Shown in pieces: positions 52,198 to 62,222 of a DNA stretch of 64,000 nucleotides. Source of the DNA: Candidatus Levyibacteriota bacterium. GTDB lineage: Bacteria; Patescibacteriota; Microgenomatia; Levybacterales; UBA12049. The stretch spans positions 4,112 to 68,111 of the forward strand of contig JACPLF010000003.1 of NCBI GenBank assembly GCA_016186645.1, read 5' to 3'. Each line of letters begins with the position of its first letter. Position 1 is the stretch's first letter. The position numbers and the translations under genes are program-made. The notes under the pieces were generated by a model. The model saw only the letters and a list, made by a program, of their open reading frames with translations. It was not told where the DNA came from and made no database searches.

Positions 52198-52473
52198 ATG
52201 AGATCATACGAATTGATTTTGGTCACAAAAACGTCTTTAACTGATACTTTGAGGAAAAAACTAATTGCAGGAGTAAAAATCTTGTTAAAAGACTTAAAAA
52301 TTGTAAAAGAGAATGAAATAGGGCAAAAAACCTTGGCTTACAAGATAAAAAGAGAAGCGAACGGATTTTATTGGGATTTTGCAATGGAGGGGGAAAAAAT
52401 CCCAGCGGATTTTGAGAAAAAACTTTTGGAAAACGACAATATTTTAAGACACTTATTGCTGAGAACTAAATAA
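52198..52473 (+). CDS. rpsF: 30S ribosomal protein S6
   Basis: MRSYELILV...; conserved gene order with ssb and rpsR. Confidence 0.8.
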   Translation: MRSYELILVTKTSLTDTLRKKLIAGVKILLKDLKIVKENEIGQKTLAYKIKREANGFYWDFAMEGEKIPADFEKKLLENDNILRHLLLRTK

Positions 52474-52479
52474 GATATA

Positions 52480-52596
52480 TTGAAGTTGGATAGTCGGATA
52501 TTCTTGATCTTGAACTCTTGAATTCTTGAGATCAAGACATCAAAGATTCAAAATCAAAGACGTCAGGAATATCTAGCATCAAAAATTCTAAATTTT
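52480..52596. repeat. family 3 palindromic intergenic element, copy B, directly upstream of ssb
   Basis: tcttgaattcttgagatcaaga...ttcaaaatcaaagacgtcaggaatatcta. Confidence 0.6.
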
Positions 52597-53121
52597 ATGG
52601 CGCGAAGTCTGAATAAGGTACAATTGATTGGAAATTTGACACGAGATCCGGAACTCCGATATACACCAAACGGCACAGCTGTTTGTAGCTTTGGTTTGGC
52701 TACCAACAGAAGCTGGAAGACAGACAGCGGAGAGAAGCACGATGAAGCAGAGTTTCACAATATTGTTTCATGGAACAAATTAGCCGAGTTGTGCAGTCAA
52801 TTTTTGGTTAAGGGCAGAAAAATATATGTTGAAGGAAGGCTTGCAACAAGAACTTGGACGGGGCAGGATGGAGCACAAAGAAACAAAACCGAAATTGTGA
52901 TCTCAGACATGATACTTTTGGATTCAAGAAGACCGGAAGGGGAAATTGAGAGTCAGCCGGCTGTTCCGGTCAAAAGTGAGGAGACAAAGGAGACAAAAGT
53001 GACAGAGGAGCCAGAGAAAGAAACGAAAAAAGTTTTAGCGGGAGAAGAAAAGAAACCAAAAGTAGAAAAAGTTGCGGAGGCGCCTGCGGAAGAGGTTGTT
53101 CCGGATGATATACCTTTCTAA
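52597..53121 (+). CDS. ssb: single-stranded DNA-binding protein
   Basis: OB fold and the C-terminal DDIPF tail. Confidence 0.9.
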   Translation: MARSLNKVQLIGNLTRDPELRYTPNGTAVCSFGLATNRSWKTDSGEKHDEAEFHNIVSWNKLAELCSQFLVKGRKIYVEGRLATRTWTGQDGAQRNKTEIVISDMILLDSRRPEGEIESQPAVPVKSEETKETKVTEEPEKETKKVLAGEEKKPKVEKVAEAPAEEVVPDDIPF

Positions 53122-53139
53122 CAATTAACAATTGACAAT

Positions 53140-53364
53140 ATGAAGAAAACAATTAGAAAGCCAAGAAGAAAATTTTCAGTTCCAAAGGTCTGTTATTTCT
53201 GTGAGTCGAAAAAAGAGCCCTCTTTCTGGGAAATGGGAACCCTTCAGAAATTTTTAACAGAAAGAGGAAAGATTATTCCAGGATCACGAAATGGACTTTG
53301 TATCAAGCACCAAAAAAGAATGGGCTCCAGCATAAAACACTCAAGGCACTTAGCGCTGATGTGA
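53140..53364 (+). CDS. rpsR: 30S ribosomal protein S18
   Basis: CYFCESKKEPSFWEMGTLQKFLTERGKIIP. Confidence 0.85.
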   Translation: MKKTIRKPRRKFSVPKVCYFCESKKEPSFWEMGTLQKFLTERGKIIPGSRNGLCIKHQKRMGSSIKHSRHLALM

Positions 53365-53384
53365 TAAGATAAAAGGGTCCTCTT

Positions 53385-54665
53385 ATGAAGATTAAATCCT
53401 TACAGCTTATTGTAATAATTTTAATTGCAGGTTTGATAGGCTACTATGTCGGCACCAACAATGTAAAAGTCTCCTGGAAAAATTTCAAACCGTCAGCTTC
53501 TGTAATAAATAAAGAAGCACCAGCGTCTCTCTCAAATGCTGACTTTTCTATTTTTTGGAACGTTTGGGGAAAATTAGAGACGAATTACTATGATAAAACA
53601 AAACTTGATCCTCAAAAAATGTTAAATGGCGCGATCGAAGGGTTGACGGCAAGCCTTGGTGATCCTTACACAATGTATCTTCCTCCAGTGCAAAATACCA
53701 ATTTTAAAGACGGTTTGGCTGGACAATTCTCTGGGATTGGCGCAGAATTGGGAACTAAGGAAAAACAAATTATTGTAATAGCTCCCCTAGCTAGTTCTCC
53801 TGCTGAGAGAGCAGGATTAAAAGCAGGAGATTTCATACTCAAAGTCGATGGGGAATCAACCCTTGATTGGACCTTGCCCTTTACAGTTAGCAAAATTAGG
53901 GGCCCTAAAGGAACAAGCGTTACTTTGTCAATCCTGCACAAAGATTCAAGCAAGCCCTTAGATGTAAAAATCATAAGAGATACGATCACTGTAAAAAGTG
54001 TTACTGGATGGATAAAACAAATAAAGGAAATCGAAAGTATCTCAAATAAAAGTCTTAAGGATCATGAAAATGACAAAGTTGCGTATATCAAGCTTTCTCA
54101 GTTTGGTGATTCGACAAATAATGATTGGACAGCCATCGTAAATGATATTAGCCTCAAGATGCAGACAGACAAAGCAATAAAAGGTTTAATAATTGATCTT
54201 AGAAATAACCCCGGGGGATATCTTGCCGACGCAGTTTATATTTCATCTGAGTTCCTAAAACAGGGGACACCTGTTGCACTGGAGGAGAACTCTCAAGGAC
54301 AAAGACATACGCTTCCCGTAAAACGAAAAGGCCTCATGTATGATGCTCAAATTGTTGTTCTGATAAACAAAGGAAGTGCTTCCGCCAGCGAAATTGTATC
54401 AGGCGCATTGAGAGATAATAAAGTCAACGGTAAAAGCAGAGCAATTCTTGTTGGAGAAACAACATTTGGAAAAGGTACAATACAACAGGCAGATGATTTG
54501 GGAAATGGAGCAGGTCTTCATACGACTATTGCTAAATGGCTGACTCCAAATGGCATCTGGGTTAACGGCGCAGGACTTAAGCCGGATATGGAAGTTAAAT
54601 TGGATGAAAAAGACCTAAGCCGCGATTCACAGCTTGAAAAAGCAGTTCTAGAGTTGCTAGAATGA
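53385..54665 (+). CDS. ctpA: carboxyl-terminal processing protease (S41)
   Basis: PDZ domain, then DLRNNPGGYL and the S41 catalytic region. Confidence 0.85.
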   Translation: MKIKSLQLIVIILIAGLIGYYVGTNNVKVSWKNFKPSASVINKEAPASLSNADFSIFWNVWGKLETNYYDKTKLDPQKMLNGAIEGLTASLGDPYTMYLPPVQNTNFKDGLAGQFSGIGAELGTKEKQIIVIAPLASSPAERAGLKAGDFILKVDGESTLDWTLPFTVSKIRGPKGTSVTLSILHKDSSKPLDVKIIRDTITVKSVTGWIKQIKEIESISNKSLKDHENDKVAYIKLSQFGDSTNNDWTAIVNDISLKMQTDKAIKGLIIDLRNNPGGYLADAVYISSEFLKQGTPVALEENSQGQRHTLPVKRKGLMYDAQIVVLINKGSASASEIVSGALRDNKVNGKSRAILVGETTFGKGTIQQADDLGNGAGLHTTIAKWLTPNGIWVNGAGLKPDMEVKLDEKDLSRDSQLEKAVLELLE

Positions 54666-54671
54666 TAATCT

Positions 54672-55781
54672 ATGAGGAAGTTAATTTTAATTGTCGTTGT
54701 TCTGATTGCAGCATTAGCATTTTCCAATGGACTTTCTGCCTCGCTTCCTACTCTTTCTAAAATTTTCCTAAATAAAGAGATAGTTTTGCCTCCGGAGAAA
54801 GTTAAAATAGTTTCGGAAGAATCGGTGGTAATTGATATAGTTGAAAAAATCTCCCCGTCGGTTGTAACAGTTGGCGTAGAGCAGAGAATTATTAACTTCG
54901 ATCCGTTCGATCTTTTTGCGCGTCCCCAAAGTAGGCAGGAAGAACAAGATATAGGGTCTGGGTTTATTGTTTCTTCAGATGGATTGATTGTTACTAATAA
55001 GCACGTGGTTAGTGTTCCGGGAAAGTATAAAGTAATCACGCATGATGGTCAAAAATACGACGTTGAAAGCATTTATAGAGATCCTATAAATGATATAGCT
55101 ATTGTAAAAATTAATGCAACAGGATTAAAGCCGGTTGAGATGGGAGACTCGTCAAAAATAAAAGTGGGGCAGCTAGTGGTTGCGGTGGGTACTCCTTTGG
55201 GAGAATTTAGAGGCAGTGTTACACAAGGAATAGTAAGCGGAATCGGACGAGGCATAACAACAGGATCTCCCTACGGCTCCTTTGCAGAAAAACTTGACGA
55301 TGTAATACAAACAGATGCTGCTATAAATCCCGGCAACAGCGGAGGTCCGCTGGTTAACTCATCAGCTCAGGTAATTGGGGTTAATACCGCAGTTGCAAGT
55401 GGGGCGGAAAATATCGGATTTGCTCTCCCAATAAATATCATAAAGGAGAGCATTGAAAACTTCAATAAAAATGGACAGTTCAATAGGCCTTATCTTGGAA
55501 TAGCATACAAAATTTTGACTCGCGATGTGGCCGTGCTCAACGATGTCCCTCAAGGCGCATATGTTCAGGATGTTGTTAGCGATTCTCCGGCAGAAAAAGC
55601 AGGAATACAAGAAGGGGATATTATAATTGATATTGACGGAAAGAAGATAACTGAAGGTGTCAATGAAGTTGCGACTGTAATTGCAGGACACAAAATAGGT
55701 GATGTCATAAATATCAATATTTGGAGAAATGGCAAAACATCCAAAGTCAAGGCCACTTTAGTTGCAGCTCCCAATCAATAA
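54672..55781 (+). CDS. htrA: HtrA/DegP-family serine protease with a PDZ domain
   Basis: TNKHVV, NPGNSGGPL catalytic triad context, C-terminal PDZ. Confidence 0.9.
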   Translation: MRKLILIVVVLIAALAFSNGLSASLPTLSKIFLNKEIVLPPEKVKIVSEESVVIDIVEKISPSVVTVGVEQRIINFDPFDLFARPQSRQEEQDIGSGFIVSSDGLIVTNKHVVSVPGKYKVITHDGQKYDVESIYRDPINDIAIVKINATGLKPVEMGDSSKIKVGQLVVAVGTPLGEFRGSVTQGIVSGIGRGITTGSPYGSFAEKLDDVIQTDAAINPGNSGGPLVNSSAQVIGVNTAVASGAENIGFALPINIIKESIENFNKNGQFNRPYLGIAYKILTRDVAVLNDVPQGAYVQDVVSDSPAEKAGIQEGDIIIDIDGKKITEGVNEVATVIAGHKIGDVININIWRNGKTSKVKATLVAAPNQ

Positions 55782-56710
55782 TGAATTTTCAAAAGAATGT
55801 TTCACTTTCGGATTTCAGCAATTACAAAATAGGCGGACCTGCTAAGTTATTTGTTGAAGTTGGAGCCACGGAAGAATTAAAAGAAGTCCTAAAACAAATT
55901 GAGGGCAATGAGAAAATTTTTATTTTAGGCGGGGGAACAAATATTCTGATAGGAGATAAAGGTTTTGATGGGTTAGTGATTCACAATAAAGTTGAAGGCA
56001 TAAATTTATTGGAGAATGGTTTGGAAGTAGGAAGCGGAGTGGTGGTTAAAGACCTTATGAATTTTTGTATAGAAAATTCTTTGTCCGGTCTTGAATGGGC
56101 GGGAGGACTTCCGGGAACAATTGGAGGAGCTATTCGAGGTAATGCCGGGGCTTTTAAAGGCGAAACAAAAGATAGTGTCGTGCAAGTTAAGAGCTTGGAT
56201 CTAAAAACTTTAAACGAAAAAGAAAGAAACAACGAGGAGTGTAGTTTTGGCTATCGGGATAGCATATTTAAGTCAGGAATAGCAGCTGCGGAATTTATTA
56301 CATCCGTAGTTTTAGAATTAACGCAGGGAAACAAAGAGGAAATAAAACAAAGTATTCAGCAAAAAATAGATTATAGAATTAATCGTCACCCCATAGACCT
56401 TCCCAATATTGGAAGTACTTTTAAAAATATTCCTTTAGACCTATTGTCTTCGGAGCTGCAAAAAGAATTTGCGCCATTTGTAAAAACAGATCCTTTTCCT
56501 GTAGTTCCTACTACAAAGCTCTTAGCCTTAGCTGGTTTAAAAGGAAAAAGAATAGGGGATGCAATGATATCCGACAAACACCCGAATTTTATTGTCAATC
56601 TGGGTAATGCAAAATCAGAGGATGTAAAAATCCTTATTGAAATTGCAAAAGAAGCGTTAAAAGAAAAATACGGAATACTTCTTGAGGAGGAAATTCAATA
56701 TCTGGATTAG
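55781..56710 (+). CDS. murB: UDP-N-acetylenolpyruvoylglucosamine reductase
   Basis: FAD-binding GGGTNIL. ATG at 55781 overlaps the htrA stop. Confidence 0.8.
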   Translation: MNFQKNVSLSDFSNYKIGGPAKLFVEVGATEELKEVLKQIEGNEKIFILGGGTNILIGDKGFDGLVIHNKVEGINLLENGLEVGSGVVVKDLMNFCIENSLSGLEWAGGLPGTIGGAIRGNAGAFKGETKDSVVQVKSLDLKTLNEKERNNEECSFGYRDSIFKSGIAAAEFITSVVLELTQGNKEEIKQSIQQKIDYRINRHPIDLPNIGSTFKNIPLDLLSSELQKEFAPFVKTDPFPVVPTTKLLALAGLKGKRIGDAMISDKHPNFIVNLGNAKSEDVKILIEIAKEALKEKYGILLEEEIQYLD

Positions 56711-56721
56711 GCGTTCTGCTT

Positions 56722-57660
56722 TTATCGCGTCAGTTCAATAATCACGAAGATAACGTAAAATCCCAATAACACAAGCCCATTTGTTCTTGAGATATAATTT
56801 TTGGTACGGAAGAAAAAATAGAATGATCCAAGAGCGGTAAGAATAAATAGAAAAGTAATAATAAAGTTGTCTACTGTCAATATTTCTCCGCCATGTAAAA
56901 GCGTAAAAATACCAAACAAAAGGGTATTTGCTGCCGCAGATCCCATATAATCTCCCATTGCTATCTCTCTTTTTCTGGAAATAACGCTTCTTACAGCTAG
57001 GGATAATTCCGGCAAGTTCGTTCCAAGAGCTATTACAAAAAGGCTGATGTAAAATGCAGAAATATTAAAAATGCCTGCAAAATAAGTTGTCTTATCTACA
57101 ATTATACTGCTTGATGCAAAAACAATGCCTATACCTAAAAGTATTTTGAGAATGTCTTTGTAGGAATAAGCTTTTACATTAAAAAGTTGCCCATTACTCC
57201 TGTCAAAAATTCCATTTTTTCTTTCCACAAAAAAAAGCAAAACAACATACAAGAAGACAAGCATGAAGCCTTCTAAGGTACTCACTTTTTTATCCAATAT
57301 AAATAATGAGGGCGTTAGAATGACTACCAGGCTTATCAAGAGAGTTTTGTTGTCAAGCTCATTTTTTAGGCTTATTCCATTTCCCAAGACTGCCAGTAAA
57401 GGAATAATAACTAGAAATATCACAACAATTCCGCCAAGTAAATTTCCGACAAAGATTTCAGGGCGATTGCCCGCTACTGCCTGAAGGCCAACTGAGAATT
57501 CAGGTATTGAAGTCAATATTCCCAAAAAAACAAAAGAAAAAGCAAAAGGAGACAATCTTAATTTGCTGGAAAATTTACTAGTCGAGGAAACAACCAGGCC
57601 TGCGCCAAGCCAAATGAAAATGAAAGCAAGAAAATAGAGAATTAGATTTAAACCAAACAC
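56722..57660 (-). CDS. CaCA-family cation/Ca2+ antiporter (YrbG-like)
   Basis: GTNLPEL alpha-repeat motif. Confidence 0.75.
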   Translation of the reverse strand: MFGLNLILYFLAFIFIWLGAGLVVSSTSKFSSKLRLSPFAFSFVFLGILTSIPEFSVGLQAVAGNRPEIFVGNLLGGIVVIFLVIIPLLAVLGNGISLKNELDNKTLLISLVVILTPSLFILDKKVSTLEGFMLVFLYVVLLFFVERKNGIFDRSNGQLFNVKAYSYKDILKILLGIGIVFASSSIIVDKTTYFAGIFNISAFYISLFVIALGTNLPELSLAVRSVISRKREIAMGDYMGSAAANTLLFGIFTLLHGGEILTVDNFIITFLFILTALGSFYFFFRTKNYISRTNGLVLLGFYVIFVIIELTR

Positions 57661-57667
57661 AAATCTA

Positions 57668-58558
57668 TTATATAAAGGAGTTGATTACTTCGTCAATCTT
57701 TCCCCCCATAAGAACGGGAAGGTTGTGCCAAGATTTATTAATTCTGTGATCTGTTAATCTGTCTTGGGGGAAATTGTAGGTTCTGATTTTCTCAGCTCTC
57801 ATGCCGCGTCCCACTTGTGTAGATTTCAAAGAAGAAATTTCTTTGTTTTGTTTTTCAACTTCTGCCTCCCAAAGTTTGGAGCGAAGAAGTTCCATTGCAA
57901 TTTCTCTATTTTGCGCCTGAAATCTTTCTGTTTGGGCAGTAACAATAATTCCGGATGGTTTATGTTTCAATCTTACCGCAGTTGAGACTTTGTTAACATT
58001 TTGCCCTCCATGTCCTCCGCTTCTATATGCTTCAAATTCTATATCGTCAGGATTTATATGCAGGTCAATATCGTGAAATTCGGGCAAAACATACACAGTT
58101 GCGGTAGATGTATGAATTCGGCCGCGTTTCTCAGTTAACGGAGTTCTTTGTACTCTATGAACTCCTGCCTCAAATTTGAAAGTTTTAAAAGGCCGGGAAG
58201 TTGAATGTCCGCCAGATGGCGGAGCGGAAATTTTAATAACTCCTTCATCAATTTGCTCTGCTCTAAATCCTTTAAGTTGCGCAAATCGCAAATACATCCG
58301 GAGCAATTCTTCTTTCCACAATTTTGCTTCCTCGCCGCCGGCAGCGCCTTTTACTTCCATGATGACATTTCGGCTGTCCAAAGATTCTCCTGAATCAGCG
58401 TCTTTATTAACTGCTTCAACAAGCGCTTTTTTTTGAGATTCCAACTCTACAATTTCTTTTTCTGCCATTTCTTGCAAAGCGGGATCAGAGAGAAGGCTGC
58501 GTGTTTCTTCAATTTTTTTTCCGAGCATCTCTATTTGGACAATTCTGTAATCGTACAT
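57668..58558 (-). CDS. prfA: peptide chain release factor 1 (N-terminally shortened)
   Basis: PLT (PxT) anticodon motif and GGQ. Confidence 0.85.
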   Translation of the reverse strand: MYDYRIVQIEMLGKKIEETRSLLSDPALQEMAEKEIVELESQKKALVEAVNKDADSGESLDSRNVIMEVKGAAGGEEAKLWKEELLRMYLRFAQLKGFRAEQIDEGVIKISAPPSGGHSTSRPFKTFKFEAGVHRVQRTPLTEKRGRIHTSTATVYVLPEFHDIDLHINPDDIEFEAYRSGGHGGQNVNKVSTAVRLKHKPSGIIVTAQTERFQAQNREIAMELLRSKLWEAEVEKQNKEISSLKSTQVGRGMRAEKIRTYNFPQDRLTDHRINKSWHNLPVLMGGKIDEVINSFI

Positions 58559-58567
58559 GGGGTTTAT

Positions 58568-58867
58568 CTATTTTATTGCCATGAGCATTTCGCGCAAGGT
58601 TTTAGGCTCGGTATCTTTTTGTTTTTGTTCGGCCTCTTTTTTGACTTTTTTTGTAAGATATTGTTTGGCAATATTTTGTTTGTTTTGGAATTTCTGAATT
58701 CGGGACGCGCTGTCTACAAATTTTTGCTCACCCGTATAAAAAGGATGGCATTTGTTGCACAATTCAACCTTGATAATCTCAAGCGTTGAGCCTGTTGTAA
58801 ATCTGTTGCCGCAGGCACAAATAACCTGCGCATTGTCAAAATATTGCGGATGAATATTTGCTTGCAT
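58568..58867 (-). CDS. rpmE: 50S ribosomal protein L31 with a C-terminal extension
   Basis: IHPQYF...CxC...CNKCHPFYTG zinc ribbon. The start is taken at MQANIHP. Confidence 0.75.
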   Translation of the reverse strand: MQANIHPQYFDNAQVICACGNRFTTGSTLEIIKVELCNKCHPFYTGEQKFVDSASRIQKFQNKQNIAKQYLTKKVKKEAEQKQKDTEPKTLREMLMAIK

Positions 58868-58915
58868 AGTGCTATAATTATACCCTGTTTTTGCCAAATT
58901 GGCAAGATCAAAATT

Positions 58916-60256
58916 ATGGTTAACTTAGAGATGCAACCTAGATCGGGAGAATTCTATATAGTTCGCTTGGCTGCAATAAAAAAATTTGCCAACATGGGAC
59001 TAAGCGGAAGGGAAATATCCTTTGCTGTAGAGATTGAAACAGGAATAAGGGTTGATCCGCACGACGTAGCAAGGCTAGTCTTTGCAGCAAGAAAAAGGGG
59101 AACATTGCGTTGGTTAACAAAGGAGGAAAAGAAAGATATAGCCAAAACTACGGCTAACCCCTGGTATCATATAGATGAGGTAATACGTAAAGATGTGGAA
59201 GCAATCATTAGTAACATAACCGCTTTGCAAAGAGAAGGCAAGCCCCTTCCCAATGATAGGTTGGCATTAGTAGAATTTAGACCTTCAAAAAAGAATCCAC
59301 TACTTAGGGAAGAAGAGGAAGGGGTTCTTGTAGGCAATAAAAGAGTTTTTTCAGACGGTAGACATCTTCCTACATTTAAGGGTCTGCATGTGACAGAGAG
59401 GCAAAGACAGGGTCTTATAGAAAGAAATAAGTTACCAAGACCCAGGGAGCAGGTCATCAAACAAAGTACTGTATGGCCTAAAGTTAAACCCCTACGCGAG
59501 AGATTGGGTTTGCCTGGCGAAATAGCAGAAATAACGGGATTCACAAAACAACAAGTGAGAACGGCAATTAGCTGGAATAGATTTAGGCCTGAGTGGAATA
59601 GGATACCCCCATTGACATCCGAGCAGGTGGCAGAATTGATGAGCAAATCAGGAAAAACTAAGAAGCCAAGAAATCCAGAAGACAGAGAATTACCGACCCA
59701 GGATGAGAAAAACAGCCTAGAATTCGCACGGATAGTTTTTGACTCTGGATGGATCACGGAAGATCTCAAAGATTGGCGCAAATTAAATTTTTTATATAAT
59801 GAAAGCAAAAGAGATTTGCCGGAGAGTTTCGCAAAACGTCTCAGGCTTGAAGTTTTTTTAAGAGCTCAATTAAATGCAGATAATGGAAATAAGGAGTTAA
59901 TGAATAAGTATGTCGAATACGGATTGGAAATAGATGAGAATTGGTTTAATGAATTGGCTGCCGAAGAGGAATTTATTACAAGAATAGTTAGAGGAAAAGA
60001 AGATAGAGACAGATTATTTTTAGATTTATTTGCTAGGGTTAGAAGAGAATTTGCAAGAACAGGAGATATACGATCTCTTAATAATAGTGAGTTGACATCA
60101 ATCATGAAGCAGGATCCGACCATTAAAACCAGATTAGCCCCAGAAATGGCTAAAATTGTTCAAGCTACACCAGGAATTAAGAAAGAGACTTCTGCAATTT
60201 GTCCTCCTAATGGAGAGATGAGTATGGCTGATATCATGGGGTGGGATTCTAGATAG
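58916..60256 (+). CDS. hypothetical 447-aa protein with two HTH-like segments; GC-richer than neighbours
   Basis: EIAEITGFTKQQVRTAISWNRF. A palindrome TTGCCAAATTGGCAA (58893-58907) lies in the leader. The upstream TATAATTATACCC 13-mer is shared with 6903-6915. Confidence 0.45.
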   Translation: MVNLEMQPRSGEFYIVRLAAIKKFANMGLSGREISFAVEIETGIRVDPHDVARLVFAARKRGTLRWLTKEEKKDIAKTTANPWYHIDEVIRKDVEAIISNITALQREGKPLPNDRLALVEFRPSKKNPLLREEEEGVLVGNKRVFSDGRHLPTFKGLHVTERQRQGLIERNKLPRPREQVIKQSTVWPKVKPLRERLGLPGEIAEITGFTKQQVRTAISWNRFRPEWNRIPPLTSEQVAELMSKSGKTKKPRNPEDRELPTQDEKNSLEFARIVFDSGWITEDLKDWRKLNFLYNESKRDLPESFAKRLRLEVFLRAQLNADNGNKELMNKYVEYGLEIDENWFNELAAEEEFITRIVRGKEDRDRLFLDLFARVRREFARTGDIRSLNNSELTSIMKQDPTIKTRLAPEMAKIVQATPGIKKETSAICPPNGEMSMADIMGWDSR

Positions 60257-61466
60257 TAATTTCATTAAAAATGTTTTTTTCAGCTATAGTTTTTTGTGAG
60301 CGGGTTTTCATGTTTTTTAAAGTTACCATATTTTTTGCCGCTTCGTCCGGGCCAATGATTACAACAAACGGAATTCCTTTTTGATCAGCATATTTTAATT
60401 GTTTTTCCATTTTAGAATTTGGGTCGAGCCAAAGTTCGCAGGGAATTTTATTTTCATCCAAAAAATTAATAATTTCTAAAGATTTTTGAATTAAGTTTTC
60501 ACTAAAGACAGTAACCAAAACTTTTACAGGAGCTTTTAAATCGGGCAGTAGTCCATTTTCTTCCAGCAGTTCGATAGTTCGGTCAAATCCCAATCCAAAT
60601 CCAATGGCAGGCTGATTATTTCCAAACATGCCAATCAAATTATCATAACGTCCACCGCTGCAAATGGATCCGGCTGAATTTTTTACAACTGTTTCAAAAA
60701 TTATTCCCGTGTAATAATCCAAGCCCCGTGCCAACGTTGGCTCGTATTTTACTTTTGAAACATCTTGACCCATCATTTTCAAATACTTAAGGATTGGTTT
60801 TATATTTTCTGTTATTGGTTTTTCCTGTAATGTTGTTAATGCAAGTTTTGCATCATCTGATGTCATTCCTTTTTCTACCATTTCAGAAAGCACAGTGCTT
60901 TCGCCAACTTTTTCTAATTTATCTATTGCAGCGATTATTTTCTTATTCAAATTTTCAAAATTTGTTCTATCATTAATTTTAATAGTGACATCGAGTTTCA
61001 AATTTTTGTAAATTTCCAAAACCAAACTTAATATTTCTGCATCTGCAAGGGAAGTGGACATACCCACAATATCCGCATCACATTGTAAAAATTCTCTATA
61101 TCTTCCTTTTTGTGTATTTTCCGCTCGCCAGACATTTTGGATTTGATATCTTTTGAAAGGCATCGGCAGGACTTGTGGTGAGCTTGCCGAACCATATTGG
61201 GCTACAACACGGGCTAAAGGAACAGTCTGATCGTATCTCAAAGCTACTTTTCGCTTGCCATTATCAACAAAACGATACATTAATTTATCGCCCTCATCTC
61301 CGTATTTGCCCAGCAAAATCTCCTCGTATTCAAGGCTTGGCGTTTCCAAAGGCTCAAAACCATAGGACTCAAATACCTTTTTCAAGGTATTTATTACAAA
61401 TTGCCGTTTTCTCGCCTCTTGAGGCAAGAAATCCCGAAAGCCTTTTAGTGTTTGCGGTTTAATCAT
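60249..61466 (-). CDS. hisS: histidyl-tRNA synthetase
   Basis: Class II HisRS motifs (…RYDQTVPLAR…; GGRYDNL). Confidence 0.9.
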   Translation of the reverse strand: MIKPQTLKGFRDFLPQEARKRQFVINTLKKVFESYGFEPLETPSLEYEEILLGKYGDEGDKLMYRFVDNGKRKVALRYDQTVPLARVVAQYGSASSPQVLPMPFKRYQIQNVWRAENTQKGRYREFLQCDADIVGMSTSLADAEILSLVLEIYKNLKLDVTIKINDRTNFENLNKKIIAAIDKLEKVGESTVLSEMVEKGMTSDDAKLALTTLQEKPITENIKPILKYLKMMGQDVSKVKYEPTLARGLDYYTGIIFETVVKNSAGSICSGGRYDNLIGMFGNNQPAIGFGLGFDRTIELLEENGLLPDLKAPVKVLVTVFSENLIQKSLEIINFLDENKIPCELWLDPNSKMEKQLKYADQKGIPFVVIIGPDEAAKNMVTLKNMKTRSQKTIAEKNIFNEITI

Positions 61467-61519
61467 AGTTTTATCTTATCATTTTTGTCTTTTGAAGTAA
61501 AAGCCTAAAAAACGGGAAA

Positions 61520-61945
61520 TTAATTGTGGTTTTGGAGAAACGGGTTAATAAGTTTAATTTCTTTGAATTTTTTAAAGTCGCGGATGTTATCTGTGGCAAT
61601 TACGGCAATTCCATTGGAAAGAGCGGTTGCGGCAAGGTAAGCATCAAATATCTGGTCAGAAACAAGCGCATTTTTCTTAATTAAAAATAATGTTATTGAA
61701 TAGGTTTTCTCATCAGGGAATATGACACGGCAAGTTTTTGTAATATTATTAATTGCATTTAGCGCATCTTGAATTTTCATAGAAGAGGGAAATTTAGGAT
61801 GGGTAAGTACACGTAGGGTTTCGAAGATATTCTGATGAGCAACTTCTAAATCGCCTATATTATTTTGCAGAAAATTTTGAGCAGTTACATGTTTGGAGGA
61901 ACGGCGATTGATTGCGTAAATCAAGATATTTGAGTCAACAAGCAT
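61520..61945 (-). CDS. vapC: PIN-domain toxin VapC
   Basis: MLVDSNILIYA...ATDNIRDF. Confidence 0.8.
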   Translation of the reverse strand: MLVDSNILIYAINRRSSKHVTAQNFLQNNIGDLEVAHQNIFETLRVLTHPKFPSSMKIQDALNAINNITKTCRVIFPDEKTYSITLFLIKKNALVSDQIFDAYLAATALSNGIAVIATDNIRDFKKFKEIKLINPFLQNHN

Positions 61946-61950
61946 ACAAT

Positions 61951-62178
61951 TTAAGGCTCGGGGTAAAAATCTTCTCTTCTCAAATTATCAAGATTGACGC
62001 CCAAATCATGAGTTTTAAATACTATCCTTTTTGCTTGTTTTTTAGCATCCTTTTCAAGATATTGCTCCAAAGCACTGTTAAAAATAGCTTGCAAGCTTGT
62101 ATTTTCATCAAACGCTTTTTTTTCTGCGCGTTTTTTTAAATTCTCTTTTAATCTTAGTGTGGTTCTAATAAGCTGCAT
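61951..62178 (-). CDS. vapB: RHH antitoxin VapB
   Basis: TTLRLKENLKKRAEKKAFDENTSLQAIFNSALEQYL. Confidence 0.7.
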   Translation of the reverse strand: MQLIRTTLRLKENLKKRAEKKAFDENTSLQAIFNSALEQYLEKDAKKQAKRIVFKTHDLGVNLDNLRREDFYPEP

Positions 62179-62222
62179 ATCTAATTAGTATAGCATAAAT
62201 ATGACAATATGTCAAGAGCTTT

